DNA of 64,000 bases from Calcarisporiella thermophila CBS 279.70 (Eukaryota > Fungi > Calcarisporiellomycota), in contig NW_027192191.1 of assembly GCF_041956535.1 (NCBI RefSeq), positions 7,702 through 71,701 of the forward strand. Reading direction: 5' to 3'. Each line of letters starts with the position of its first letter. Within the stretch, counting starts at the first letter, position 1. This document shows positions 45,001-57,801 of the stretch, in pieces. Below the pieces are notes generated by a model, which saw only the letters and a list, made by a program, of their open reading frames with translations, was not told the DNA's origin and ran no database searches. Made by a program: the position numbers and the translations under genes.

Positions 45001-47219
45001 TTAAGGTTCCTCAACTGTGACGCCTTTGTCCAATGCAACCTCAACACAATCGCCGGCACTACCGTCCTCAAATACCAAACACGCAAAATTGGCGTTTCTA
45101 TCCAATGCAACGATTGGATGATGCCAAACTCCTTCATTGTAAGAAATGCCTTGCCGGTCAGTAGCGACAAAGGCCCGTAGCGTAGAGAGATCGGGCTCAT
45201 CCCCCAGGCCCTTCAATGCTACTACCACCAGGTATCTGCCGGACTCAATTGGAATAAACGCCTGAGTCGAGTGCGGGTGTCGCTCGAGTAGCTTCACATG
45301 GAATGGCATTTTCTGGGGCTTACACTCATAAACACACAGATTGGCGTCTGCACTCTCGGGACGGCCATTGTATACTCGCGCAACATGGTGGTGTTTATTA
45401 GCGGTGCCTTGGTTAGCGGCTGTGACGCCATTGGTTTTTTGCTGCTGATGCGGTTGGATGACTTGGCCAAAAGGGGCGAAGGCCTCAGCGCTTAGAGCCT
45501 CTGCAAATATCGTCTGAGAACCACTTGTGCCATGTCCGTTACTATAAGCCACTCTAGCAGTGGGTGTGGCTGAATCGATGCTGGCAGCCTTCGGGGCCCT
45601 TTTTCCGTAGATGCGCAGACGTTTGCAGCCCCCATCAGGAATGATGGTGAAGCGTACATGGCTGATGATACGGCTTTCTTCCTGTAATTTAAATCTATGC
45701 TGTTTGTGTGGGCCAGTCTTGGTGCGGGGAAGAATGATGTACCATTGTGTATCTAGCGGTGGCAAGTCCTAGGAGATCATGTATGAAGGTCGATGTTCAC
45801 CAAAATAAAATGAAAATGCTCGGTGAGAACATACCTCATCACAAAAGCATCCTTCTAGCATCACGCTTTCTGGGAAATTACCAATATAATGGCAGGTATC
45901 TACTTCAGCTTCTTGCAGGTACCCTGGAGAGCCCAGGCGAATAATTGCCCAGTCGCGGTGGCCTGGCTCTCGTGAGCGCTTCGTTTCCCATCCTAATCGG
46001 CAAAATTAGATTGAGCTCATCCGATGTCGGTTGAATGCTTCAAACTCATTTACCATCACCCATATTCACCCCACGCCCGGGCAACAGCAATTGGCTGGGC
46101 ACATTGTAGTGGGCATCACTCCACGCAATGGCGCGCGCGCCATAGCCTGCATAAGCAAGGTCGATTATTTCATCCCTGTGGCAAGGAAAATAAAAGAGTC
46201 AGAGAATAGAATCGGCATTAACAAAGAGCTCGGCACAGACGGGTTCTCGGGCCATAGGGGTATAACATCCCCATAAACTCTGAATCGGGCCTAAGCATAT
46301 CAAATGCAAACCTTAAATTAAACTATTAATCTCAATTCGAGTTGGCAGTATCCTTACAATTCCTCCATCGGGATAAATGTTCAAGCGGACATGGGTGACT
46401 TGCTCCGTCTTCGACTCCAGAGCAAAGAAATGCTCAGTCGAAGGTTCAAGCTTCACCCGGGGTAATACGCATTTCCACTATATAGCCGAACCGAGGTGCT
46501 TAGTTATTAATGTTGAAATGGGGAGTTAATTAACTGTAAAAATAACGCACCTGCACCTCCCCGCCGACAACCGCACTGTCTGCAACCCCAGAGTCCACGA
46601 AGCATGCATCAACGGACGCTTCAGGCGCTTGATTGCCGGTAAAGTAGGCAGTGTCCAGGCTGAAACCGCGAATGGCGCCAGTGAAGCCCAGCTTAACAAT
46701 ACACCTAGCATTGTAGAGACAATGGTCGCGTTAAAATGGAGGCCCATGCGAAATGAATAAGGCTAATGTTTACCAGTCATAGCTGGAATTGTGTCGGCGG
46801 GTTTCCCATCCTACATAAATTTCAAATTCAATTAGCATTATGTTCCGCCTTATTTTCAAATTGCTCATTTTTTTCTACATGCCGTCCATCCATTTCCCAT
46901 TCTCTATGCGAATTAACAAAAGTTAAACTAGGCTCATTTCCCAATGTAGGTAAACCGCTTGGCTTACCGGTATAGAGGTCTGGCTTCCAGACCGGAGCAT
47001 GAGGCTGTATCATGTTCTCAGCACCAGCAAAAAACTCGTCAGTGCAGTGTAGGATTTTGCCACCCACAGCAGCACCTGCCAAGTCTATTATAAGGTTCAG
47101 CAAAGGTAGCGGGTCATAATGAGCAAAGTGGGAACATGGACATTAGAATTTACATAATTACCGATGCTAGTTTTCACAATACTCGCATTGAATTCTTCCT
47201 TGGTTACTACCTTGTACAT
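45001..47219 (-). CDS. Allantoicase fused to ureidoglycolate lyase (Dal2-Dal3-like bifunctional protein), multi-exon
   Basis: Two allantoicase repeats (TDEFFA..DGWETRRHN..DWCIVKLG..DTAYFTGN..HVRLNIYPDGGIARFRVYG and DGWETKRSR..HVRFTIIPDGGCKRLRIYG). In the same final exon these are followed by FAPFGQVI, ANQGTA, LLERHPHSTQAFIP and GISYNEGVWHHP. Confidence 0.9.
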
Positions 47220-47258
47220 TTTTTCAAAAAAATCAAGGATTTCAGTCAACCCTGCATA

Positions 47259-47324
47259 TGATAGCAATTTCCCGTAATTTCTATCTCGTATGGGCGGCTT
47301 GGTAACGGTCACAGTAATTGATAA
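47259..47324. promoter_or_regulatory. Three GATA elements in the 163-bp divergent allantoicase/CBP4 promoter (possible AreA/NIT2-type nitrogen control)
   Basis: TGATAG 47259-47264, CTATCT 47281-47286 and TGATAA 47319-47324. These short motifs could arise by chance. Confidence 0.3.
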
Positions 47325-47382
47325 CACTCTCTCATTTGGTTATTTCTAAGAGACTCTATTGTAGTATTGTGGTTCTACTAGT

Positions 47383-47681
47383 ATGGGTAACTGGGTCAAG
47401 GCTGGCATTGTTTCTGCTGCCATCATAGGACTAGGATATGGTCTATACAAAACTACCGTTCCAAATGATCGCGAGATTTTCGAGGTAGCATCCAATCTAT
47501 TAATTGTTCCTTGGCCCTTCCTAATTGCAATTATCTCCTCTAGCGATTACCTCCGCATGTTCAAGAACAATTAAACAAAGAAGCATCGGAACGCAAAAAA
47601 CAGAAAGAAGCTCTCATGGCCAATATGAGGCAGGCAGCTCAGCCGGAGCAAACCCCAATCTGGCATACTAACAGCAAATAA
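47383..47681 (+). CDS. CBP4: Cytochrome bc1 assembly factor Cbp4-like, 2 exons
   Basis: Intron 47485-47543 gives MGNWVKAGIVSAAIIGLGYGLYKTTVPNDREIFERLPPHVQEQLNKEASERKKQKEALMANMRQAAQPEQTPIWHTNSK: one N-terminal TM, a T-x-P motif and terminal PIW. Confidence 0.7.
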
Positions 47682-47857
47682 TTGTCGCGAGTAGAATTTC
47701 AAGTTTTTTTTGTTATATGTAGATAACAACATGAAGATATTAAATATTTATACACCTTCTAAAATGAGTAATACAGTACACGCATTATATTTATTCACTG
47801 AACAGTACAAGATAGACTTAGGATATTTATATACTAGTGGACTTATGGGCTATAAAA

Positions 47858-48155
47858 TTAGCCAAATTGCACTCGGGTGCACACATTGTCATCGTCCAAG
47901 TGCACATTAAGCCTGTTCTCGCGGTAATCGAGGGTTACAAACGAGTTGGGCTTGAGGACGCGGTGTTCTTCAGGCAGATCGTGCTTGGTGAAAGTCTATT
48001 TTTTGATCTTGATGAGTAAAACAAACGAGGTCACATTTAAGTAATGAATAGGGGATTACCTGATCTCTTTGCTCGCTGGCACTCACTTCATTTTCAACGT
48101 ATTTTTTACCAACGAGCTTCTGACTCCAAACCTCGTGCTGATTATTTTCAGACAT
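47858..48155 (-). CDS. Peptidase inhibitor I78-family small protein, 2 exons
   Basis: Intron ~47996-48059 gives MSENNQHEVWSQKLVGKKYVENEVSASEQRDQTFTKHDLPEEHRVLKPNSFVTLDYRENRLNVHLDDDNVCTRVQFG, carrying the R-V-x-x-P...T-x-D-Y-x-x-x-R-L-N-V signature. Confidence 0.82.
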
Positions 48156-48572
48156 TGGGATAGAATTAAAGGGAAACGATTTATCTCGATTGAAATATTT
48201 CCAATTACTGAACCGAAAGAGAGGTGTGGGTCTCTTATATAGGCCTAGGCAATTTTTCTTGGAAGCCAATTTTAATAATTTAGCAATTTAACAATTGGCG
48301 CCAAGTTATTCTCCCAAATAAGTATTATATAATACACTGATGAAAAAGTGGGTAAATAGCTGACAATAGCAAAGGAGAAAACGTGTCATGTTCTCGTGTG
48401 TATGATGCTGTAATAAGGCGAAACTCTGATGAAACCGGGTCATAAAATGGAAATATTTCTATATCAATAAAGAATATATCCAGGGACTTAAAGGCCGCTA
48501 AGGTCCACCCTGCTGCGGCTTAGATGAATAAAGAGGGTGGGGTGTAATTTTGTTTTTAGTGTCGATTGTGGT

Positions 48573-49213
48573 ATGAAGGAGCATCAACTGACAGCTATTC
48601 AAACTTGGGATCTTCTGCATAACGTGTCCAATTTAATTCGCGAATGTGACCGCTCCGTTTCCCAGAAACGCAAGAACATCTATTCCATTGGAGAATATAC
48701 AAGATCTGTAAAGGTACATCGGCTTATCTTTATTGATTGTCATAACAAACTTAATGGTTGCGGTATGCTGTACAGGAAAGAATAAGAGAGCGTGATGGAT
48801 TATTTCAAGCTGAGAGCAACATGGTCATGCTGTCATTACGCGAGCAACAACACCTATCTCTCGCTACTCAGTGTAATAACCCCTATCTAGTGTGTTGATT
48901 CAATTATGCATGCTTAAATTGTCTTAGTGACTAGCGCAATAGAAACCAACGACATCAGAATAGCAGAAAAGTTACGAGATATTGAGGCCATCCGCGAAGA
49001 AGAGATGGCATTACAGAATGAAATTAAGCAATTCATTTCTAAGCCATGTTCGGTCCGCGCGGTAGGTTATATATAGTATACGAAACAGCATTGGCTTATT
49101 CAATTTCTCATACTCAAAGTAACATACTATGAATAGCCACTACAATATACACAGCAAGACAACACCCTTGCGATCGTACTCCTACTTACCATACTTTTAC
49201 TCCCATTTTTGTG
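48573..49213 (+). CDS. Putative small multi-exon coiled-coil protein (hand-assembled, unknown function)
   Basis: Exons 48573-48713, 48776-48872, 48928-49061 and from 49137 splice in frame through GT-AG introns of 62, 55 and 75 nt. The 3' end is uncertain. Confidence 0.45.
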
Positions 49214-50322
49214 AATACAGAACTGACAATATAATGTACACTAGTTCAGAATAGACTGTTGTTTAGTTAGATGTGGCATGGCTGAATTGATATTAGATCA
49301 TGAAGTTTATAATAAACAATGATTACATCAGGTCTTCCTTTCTCGTATAGGAATCATACACGTTAATATTCTATTTCATGATTAATATTTGGGTAATACG
49401 GGATGAACAAAACAAGGCGGCTCATTAAGACGAGACTCATACTCCTGCCGGTAAAATAACACAAAAAGAATGAAAACTCACAAAATACGATTCTTCGAAA
49501 AAAAACATCGACATGCTATAGGAGGTCATGTCGTGGAGACCAGCGAAATTTATAGAGCTAAATGGAATACTTAATTTTTATCAAAACTAACTACACAGGT
49601 ATACAATCTTCTTATACTTCTGCTAATCAGCGAACAAAAAAATCACCCTTGCAAACCCCAACTTATTCTTAATAATAATATCATCCTGAATAAAATTGTC
49701 ATGCTTAACAACGTCCATACCTCTTATTAATCGTTGAACAAACTCAATCACTTCTTCATCGCCAGAAAATCCCTCTCTCTCAGCTATCTTAATCTCTAGT
49801 TTGTTTTGCTCAAATTATTGTTTAACTAAATCTAATAAAGTACCAGCAGTCTCTATAGTAAGTATTAATTCTGGAATGCTATATTGGATATGCGAAGAAC
49901 CATACAAATTTTGAAGTTTGTAGGAAGAGACCGAGGGATGATCCGGATATCTTAAATAGGTTGATTCTGTTTAGCCGATGCGCATGGACCACTGGTTATT
50001 TCAGATTTCCCCGAAAAATTGCAATCTCAGTGTTATCTCTTCTTTCTAACCATCCCCTGTTTTAATTCTGATCCGACAAAGTTAATTGAGATTTAATGAA
50101 TACGGTATAAGTTTTATGAGTCACTTTGTTTAATTTATGATTTGACTCTGCTCTCTTAAATTGTTGAATCGATAATTGAGAAGCAGGGGGAGGAATTCAC
50201 CTTTGTATATATTTATTGGATTCAGGCATAAAGAAACGCTCATTTCCACTCACCTCCACCCTTTCTAACCAAACGTCACTCATCCCCACATTCAATTTAA
50301 CACGCATTCTATTTTCTCCACC

Positions 50323-50851
50323 ATGACCTCTTTGCCTGATATCCTCCGCATCACAGAGCAAAAGCTCTACTCTCTTGAACATGCACGAACCTCCCAGCCA
50401 CTTCTCCCACGCCTCCACATTCAGCGCGTCATGGTTTCAATTCAACTCCAAAATCTCTCGCCCACATCATCACTGTCTTCGGTCAATTCACCCATGATGA
50501 ATAATTACTATGAGGAATTAAATCCAACTGGAGATGAAGGATTGGAAGCGAATTCTGATTTTGATAGTTATAGAGAACTCAATGCTGAGAATAGCGAATG
50601 GACGTGGCATGGCGTTGACGGGGTGGAGGAGTTTATGAGCGAGTGCGGCACTCTATGGCCAGCAGTGGCCACGGATAATTGGCCGATAGAGGTAATCTGT
50701 ATATTGAGCATTGCAGAGAAAGAGCTAATTTAACCCTTTCAACCACATCCAGTTTCTTGCTTCATCTTGTACAGGGATGGGGAAGAAGAGAGACCAGCAA
50801 GAAGAAGAATGGCTATTGGAAGGTGATAGTAGGAAGAGACAACGTACATGA
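50323..50851 (+). CDS. Uncharacterised small protein with acidic middle region and C-terminal bipartite NLS-like motif
   Basis: Intron 50692-50752 joins exon 1 to FLASSCTGMGKKRDQQEEEWLLEGDSRKRQRT*. Confidence 0.55.
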
Positions 50852-51180
50852 AAGATTTGCTCTTCTTTATCCCACTTGTTTTTTTTTTCTTTTCATTGTT
50901 TTATTTTTGTTGTAACTTCTTTTGATTCCTCACCCTCTCCATTCCCTCTTCTACTTTGCCTCTCCTTTATAATTTTTTTTCTCTCTTTTACCTCTTATAC
51001 ATATATAATTTAATATTATGCTTAATGGAATAATAAAGTAGCCAGTACAACTGACACTTTTCGTACATCCTCGCGGAATATTCCTGAAGTGTCCTAAGTT
51101 TATTTTCAATGTCTTATTCCTACACATAAATAAATACCTAAATTGGGTCAAGTATATATAAAGTATTGTATGTATATATC

Positions 51181-54100
51181 TTAGAACTGCACGACCCAGG
51201 GTTTTTCGCCCTCCCGTCGCTCCACCTGTGCCATTGTGACGAACCCATCACCGCAAGCCAGTCGCACTCGCTCGGGCGTTGCCGGCGAATCAATCCTTAC
51301 GGGCTCGGTGACTCCCGCGTCTTTCCGTGCAGATTTCACCGCATCCCGAATAGCAAAGTACACTCCTGAGCCCAAGAAGAGGGGTGGCTCACCAACCCCT
51401 TTGCTCGACGCTATGGTCTTCAGGTGCTTGTACTCGACCCCCTTCAAGATGCTAACGCGGAAATCGCGCGGGATGTCTCTAAATCCAGGCAGTTTGTAGT
51501 TGCCCGGCCCGCGCGTGAACAGGCGACCATCGGGGAAGAAGAGGGTCTCCTCCATGGTGCACCACCCCGCACCCTGCACAAATGCCCCTTCCACTTGCCC
51601 CATATCAATGGCGCGGTTCAAGCTCCTTCCAACGTCCATTACAATATCCGCCCGGACGGTGACGTGCTCACCCGTTGCGACATCCACCTCCACCTCGACG
51701 CAGGCCGCCCCGAGGGTAAAGTAGTAGTAGAGCATGCCGCTGTTAGTTTGCCAGTCATAGCCGATGTCCGGGGTGGCATAGAAGCCTTGAGCACTTAGGT
51801 TGACACGGTCCATGTAGGCCGCATGGGCCAATTCCTTCAGGGTCGCATTGGGCATTTTCTCGCGATAGGGGGCAAGGCGCCGCTTGAGCTGCTCACACGC
51901 ATCTTTCACCGCCATTCCGTTCAGATCGCTCGATGCACTAGCAGCGGTTGGGCTTGTGTTCGCCACCGTGTTGGTGGCCGTCTCCATAATATGCACGGCG
52001 GACACGGGTATATCCAGCACCGCGGCACACACCTGAATCATCTTGGTGTGCAGGCCCTGGCCCATTTCCGTTCCACCATGCGAAAGAAGCACCGACCCAT
52101 CGTTGTAGATGTGGACGAGCGCGCCCGCCTGATTCATGTGCAGAGCCGTAAAGGAGATGCCGAACTTGGTCGGGATGAGAGAGAGGCCCCGTTTCTTCCA
52201 TCTCGAGGTCGCGTTGAACTCGTCGACCTCTCGTCGCCGTCTCTCGTACTCACTTGAGGCCTTCAGCTGACGCCAAATCTCAGGTATATGCCAGTCCTTC
52301 AGCTCTTGGTTGAAGTGGGTATATTGGCCCTCGCGATACATGTTGATTTCCTTGAATTGCACCAAGTCCATTCCAAGTCGATCCGCCACCTCGTGCATCC
52401 ACGCCTCACAAATAAACATACCCTGTGGCCCTCCGAACCCTCGGAAAGCGGTGTTCGAGTGTATGTTGGTGCGGCAGACGCGGCCTTGCACTCTCACGTG
52501 TGGGATGAAATAGCAGTTGTCGCTGTGGGACATGGCCCGCTCCATCACTGCGTGCGAGAGATCGCAGGACCACCCGCCATTGTTGTACAACTGTGCGACA
52601 AAATGAGTGAGCTCTTTCATTGCCATACATATCAGGAGCCCGAATCGTATTTTAATTTACCTTGAGATCGAGCGCAAGGACTTTTCCTTCCGATGACACG
52701 CCGACTTTCCACTTCCCCAAAAATGGATGCCTTTGGCCGCTCACCAACATATCTTCGTCGCGATCGAGCATGCATCTTACGGGCCGCTTCGAATGATGCG
52801 CACCAATCGCTAGTGCGGCGGTCAAAGGAATGCTCCGCGTCTCCTTCCCTCCAAACCCTCCGCCGAGGCGCCTGACCTTACAGACAACCTTATGGGCAGC
52901 AATGCCGAGCGCCGAGGCAATCACCATTTGGGTTTCGGTGGCGTTTTGTGTAGACGCGTGGATTTCCATCTCATTGTCCTCGCCCTTGGGAATGACAATG
53001 GATGCCTGTGTCTCCAAATAAAAGTGCTCCTGGCCACCAATATGCAGCTCACCCTCAAACACATGGGCCGCTTGGGCAAAGCCCTCGTCGATATCGCCCC
53101 GGTTGATGGTGCGGTTGAAGGGATAAAAGCTGTTGGCCTCGATTGCCTCCTCGATCGTGACCACGTGAGGCAATACTTCATACTCGACTTTGACTTTTCG
53201 GGCGGCTCTCTGAGCGATTGTCTGGTTCTCAGCAAGGATCACACCGATCGATTGGCCCACACAATGGACCTCCTTGCTCGCAAAGATCTCTTCGTCAGGT
53301 GTCGGATGTCCCCAGCCGTTGATACCGGGAATATCGTCTGCACCATAGTACGCAACCACGCCCTCCATCTCCAACGCTTCGCTGGGATCCACACTAAGTA
53401 TTTTGGCGTGCGCCTTTTCTGACATCACCAGAGCCCCATAGAGCTCTCCCACTTGCTTGGGTATATCGTCGATATAAATTGCCTCTCCCGTCACTTGTTT
53501 CATAGCCGCGACGTGGGGAATGGGTTGACCCAGAACGCCTGTGTTTTGGCTCATATCGCCAATGTCGGTTTTGCTGCTGGAGACCTCGCGATTCAAATCC
53601 TGTAACATGCTTGTATCAACGAGCGATTCGTGACCGAGCTTGTAGGCAACGTCATTCCAGAAACGGAAGAAGAAGCTGTACGCGAGTGCGGCACGATAGG
53701 TCGGCATGCCTCCAGGCGAGGAGAAGTTGAGAGGCATATCCTAGCCAGCATAAAGTAGTTTAGTTTTTAGAGTTTCAATATCATGTTTTTTTTTTTTCGC
53801 TTGCGTTTATACCTGACTCAGGAGCCCGCATATTTCCTCAGTGAGAGGTTTGATCTCGCTCCAATCCTTTCCAATCAGCATTTTAGATGCTGCTTTGGCT
53901 GTAATGGTTGTAGGGCCCATCCCTCCAAAAGCTAGGCAGCACTCTCGGACCTTTCCGTCAACCACCCATGCACGCATTCCGGCATTGACAATGGCAATAT
54001 CGTCGTCTTTCCGCTTTGCTTGTTTGTAAGCACGTACAAATTCACCGCTCCGAGTATAGGGCACAAACACATTGGTGAGGATTTCTCCCGGGTTGAGCGC

Positions 54101-55794
54101 GGTCCTTCTGTATCCCTTGAAGAATTCTGTGAGGGACAGAGTGCGTTCAACCGGCACATCTGAATCTGGACTGGAGGAGACACATGTTACCACACTGCCC
54201 GTTGCAACAAAGACGGGATTCAGATCCGAGATGGGGGATGCGGTGGCGATGTTTCCTGCAGGCGTGGCTACGTTACGAATCTGATGGCCTGCAAACCAGC
54301 GTAGATTCTCCAGCAATGCACTGAATCCCTCCGTTTTTTCACGCGGGCATTCTTTGATGGCCTCCTCCAGTGCAATCTGAAATCTCGCCAGCGTCACATT
54401 AGCACCCACTCGCAGCCCATCCTCCCCTAGCTCCACATGCCTCAGCTCCGGGATGTCTCCAGCGTAGATCTGTACCGGGTATTCTACGTGCTTAAACTTG
54501 GTTTCCACTCCGACCTCCGTGTTACCAGCGACGATTTTAGCAGTTGGATATTCTCGTTTAAGCGAAACCAGCTCTGCTACGGTGACCGGGCGGAACCACT
54601 GTGTTAATCGGCCCTTGAACGACTGAAGGGCTGGGTTGTATTTGACTAAGGCCGGCGGGAATATAAGCTCTTGTGTAGAGTCATATTTCCTAAACTCAAT
54701 CTATCGAATTATATTGTCATACATTGTGTTAGTGGGCAAAGTTTAGGTTCAAAGCTTAGATAATTACCTTTGGAAAATTGGATATATCGCGTAGCCCGTT
54801 GACATCATCCTCTAGACAACAGCCTCCCGAGGAGCCATTCAATCGACAGCAGCCTTTAGCGGTGCTCGGCTTGCTGCACTCACTTCCATTGATCCCCTAA
54901 ATCCATGGCCAACTATGGAGTTCAATAATATCACGCATGCCAAGAGTTGTGAAATACATACCGTATTGGATTTGCAGCAACTAGCATTTTCACTGCAGTC
55001 TCCGTTACCGTTCACAATTCCACTCCGCGTTTTACAACAGCCCTGTGAAGCAAACTATTTTGCAATATTGCGAGGGGTGAATATTCGAACTTTTAAAAAC
55101 CGAGATCGGGCTTTGGCCTTACTGTTCTTGCGGCCGCTAAAATTGGTCGGTATCCCGTACACCGACAGAGATTGCCATCAAATGATTCTTCAACCTCTTC
55201 TTGGGTCGGTGTGGGATTGTTACGCAAAAGGGCATAGAGCGACATGGCAATTCCAGGGGTACAAAAGCCACACTGCGAGCTTCATGAGGAAAGCGTATAT
55301 ATCCACGTCAATACTCAGTGGCAATGATTTAAGCATAAAAGTAAAGTATCTACCCATGTGACAGTGCTATGCGCTCCTGAACTGGATGAGGATTCTTTGA
55401 ATTGCCAATACCCTCGATGGTGATGACATGCTTGCCATCCACGGAGCAGAGTGGTGCAAGACATGCGTTGACAGAGCAGTGCCTAGTTAATAAAATACAT
55501 ATGAATCAGAGGGAATCCTTTAGTGGCATTCAATATAGAGACTTACTTGATTGTCTTCTCCACACGGTCGTATGAGGAGACAACCACGGTGCATGCACCT
55601 ATCATTTCCATATTGTTCAGACCAAATCCGCTATCGGTCACTGCAGGCGCTTACTTACCGCAACCCCCCTCTGCACATCCCAATTTTGTGCCGGTCAAAC
55701 CAACCGACCTCACATATTGTAGGAGGGTGGTATCCGGGTCGGGATTTTCAAGCGTCACTGGAGTTCCATTAAGATAGAAGAAGAGTGGGGACAT
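51181..55794 (-). CDS. XDH: Xanthine dehydrogenase (2Fe-2S, FAD and molybdopterin domains), multi-exon
   Basis: [84 protein letters not shown] and SSKGVGEPP (catalytic Glu and Arg intact). Confidence 0.96.
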
Positions 55795-56083
55795 TAGAAA
55801 CGTGTGAATGAACGCTTTGGAAGGTGGAAAAAAGAATCTGGGAAAGGGGAAAAGCAAAAGCAATAAAAGCGTTCTTTCCCTCTTTAATAACCTCGTTCCC
55901 TTAGTGTCAATTGCGGGGTGAATTCAATTTCCAAAGCCGAAAGAATTGCCGAGATAAGCCACTACCTGCTTCCCCTCATTCCTGGCCAAAGTCACAGTTT
56001 TTGTTTACGGTGAGGTGGACTGGTTTTCGCTTAGGGTTTTATTTTTTCCAGAAAGCTCCTTGCATTGCTTCACCCGAATCACA

Positions 56084-57732
56084 ATGGCGGCCGATGATCT
56101 TGAGAAAGAGGTTTCTAAAAAGCAGATCTCCGAGGATGCTTCTTTCGCTGATCTGGTAAGTTTAGTTGGAAATTCTGTTTTCTTTCCTCGCACTACATTC
56201 CTTCAACTGACCACTCACTTCGGTGCCTCAATCCTTTTCACTCCAGGGCATCATTCCCCAGCTCTGCGAAGCCTGCGAGAAAATGAACTTTAAAAATCCC
56301 ACCGATATCCAACGCGAAGCTATTCCCTGGGCCCTCGAAGGTCGCGACATTATTGGACTTGCCCAAACTGGTTCCGGTAAGACCGCTGCTTTTGCCCTCC
56401 CTATCCTGCAGAAGTTATGGGATGCACCTCAAGGTCTATTTGCCTGTGTTATGGCTCCGACGAGGTTTGTTATCTTTTGTTTCTTTTACTCTTCGGGACA
56501 CTTTCTTTTTTCCGACGACAGACCATTGACTTTTGATTTACTTTTCGTACATTTCAGAGAATTGGCTTTCCAGATTTCCGAAACATTTGAATCTCTAGGA
56601 TCCACCATTGGAGTGCGCTGCGCCGTCATCGTTGGAGGAATGGACATGATGTCCCAATCCATCGCCCTATCTCGCAAACCCCACATCATCGTCTGCACGC
56701 CTGGTCGCCTTGCCGATCATCTCGAGAATACCAAAGGCTTCTCGCTCCGCAACCTCAAGTTCCTTGTCATGGACGAGGCCGACCGGCTACTCGACATGGA
56801 CTTTGGCCCCAAAATCGACCATATTCTAAAAGCCATCCCAAAGGAGCGCACGACCTACCTTTTTTCCGCCACGATGACCACCAAAGTTGCCAAGCTTCAG
56901 CGAACTAGTTTGACCCGCCCCGTCAAAGTGGAGGTATCGAACAAGTATTCGACGGTGGATACCCTGCTGCAATACTACTTGTTCCGTCCGCTAAAGCACA
57001 AGGACTCTTTCCTTGTCTTTCTCGTCAATGAGCTAGCCGGAAACTCGATCATCATCTTCACACGCACCTGCAGCGATACCCAGCGTATCTCGATCATGTT
57101 GCGTAACCTGGGTTTCCCGGCGATTCCTCTGCATGGGCAGCTGTCGCAGATGAAGCGACTTGGAGCCCTGAACAAGTTCAAGGCGGGCAACCGAAATATT
57201 CTTGTGGCGACCGACGTGGCCAGCAGGTAAATCCCCCGTCCCCCTCCTTGCTTGTGCATTCGGCAGTCTACGAGGTTCTATTGGATATTAACCTACACTC
57301 CTCTCTCCCGCTCTCCTCTGTAGAGGTCTTGATATTCCAACGGTGGATGTGGTGCTCAACTACGATGTCCCCGCTCACTCTAAGGACTACATTCACCGCG
57401 TAGGACGCACAGCACGCGCCGGCAGATCTGGCAAATCCATCACATTTGTGTCACAATATGATGTTGAGCTCTACCAAAGAATCGAGCAAGTCATTGGTAA
57501 GAAGCTGGATGAATATCCGGTGGATAATGAGGCCGCCATGCTGCTTCAAGAGCGTGTATCAGAGGCACAGCGCATTGCAGCCATGGAGTTGAAGGAGCAG
57601 GGTGGTGTGGGGCGAAAGAGTAAACGAGTTAGAAGCGAGGGCAACGATGATGACGACAAGGATGATGGAGAGGAGGTGATGAGAAGTGGGAGATCCAGTG
57701 GCAAGCCCAAGGGGAAAAAGAGCCGGCGGTGA
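56084..57732 (+). CDS. RRP3: DEAD-box rRNA helicase Rrp3/DDX47
   Basis: Q motif [48 protein letters not shown] and [20 protein letters not shown] is typical of Rrp3. Confidence 0.93.
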
Positions 57733-57801
57733 TACGACACTGAGTAATTATATATAAACATGTAAAATATAATAAACATTCATCATCCAATTCATCATTC
57801 A

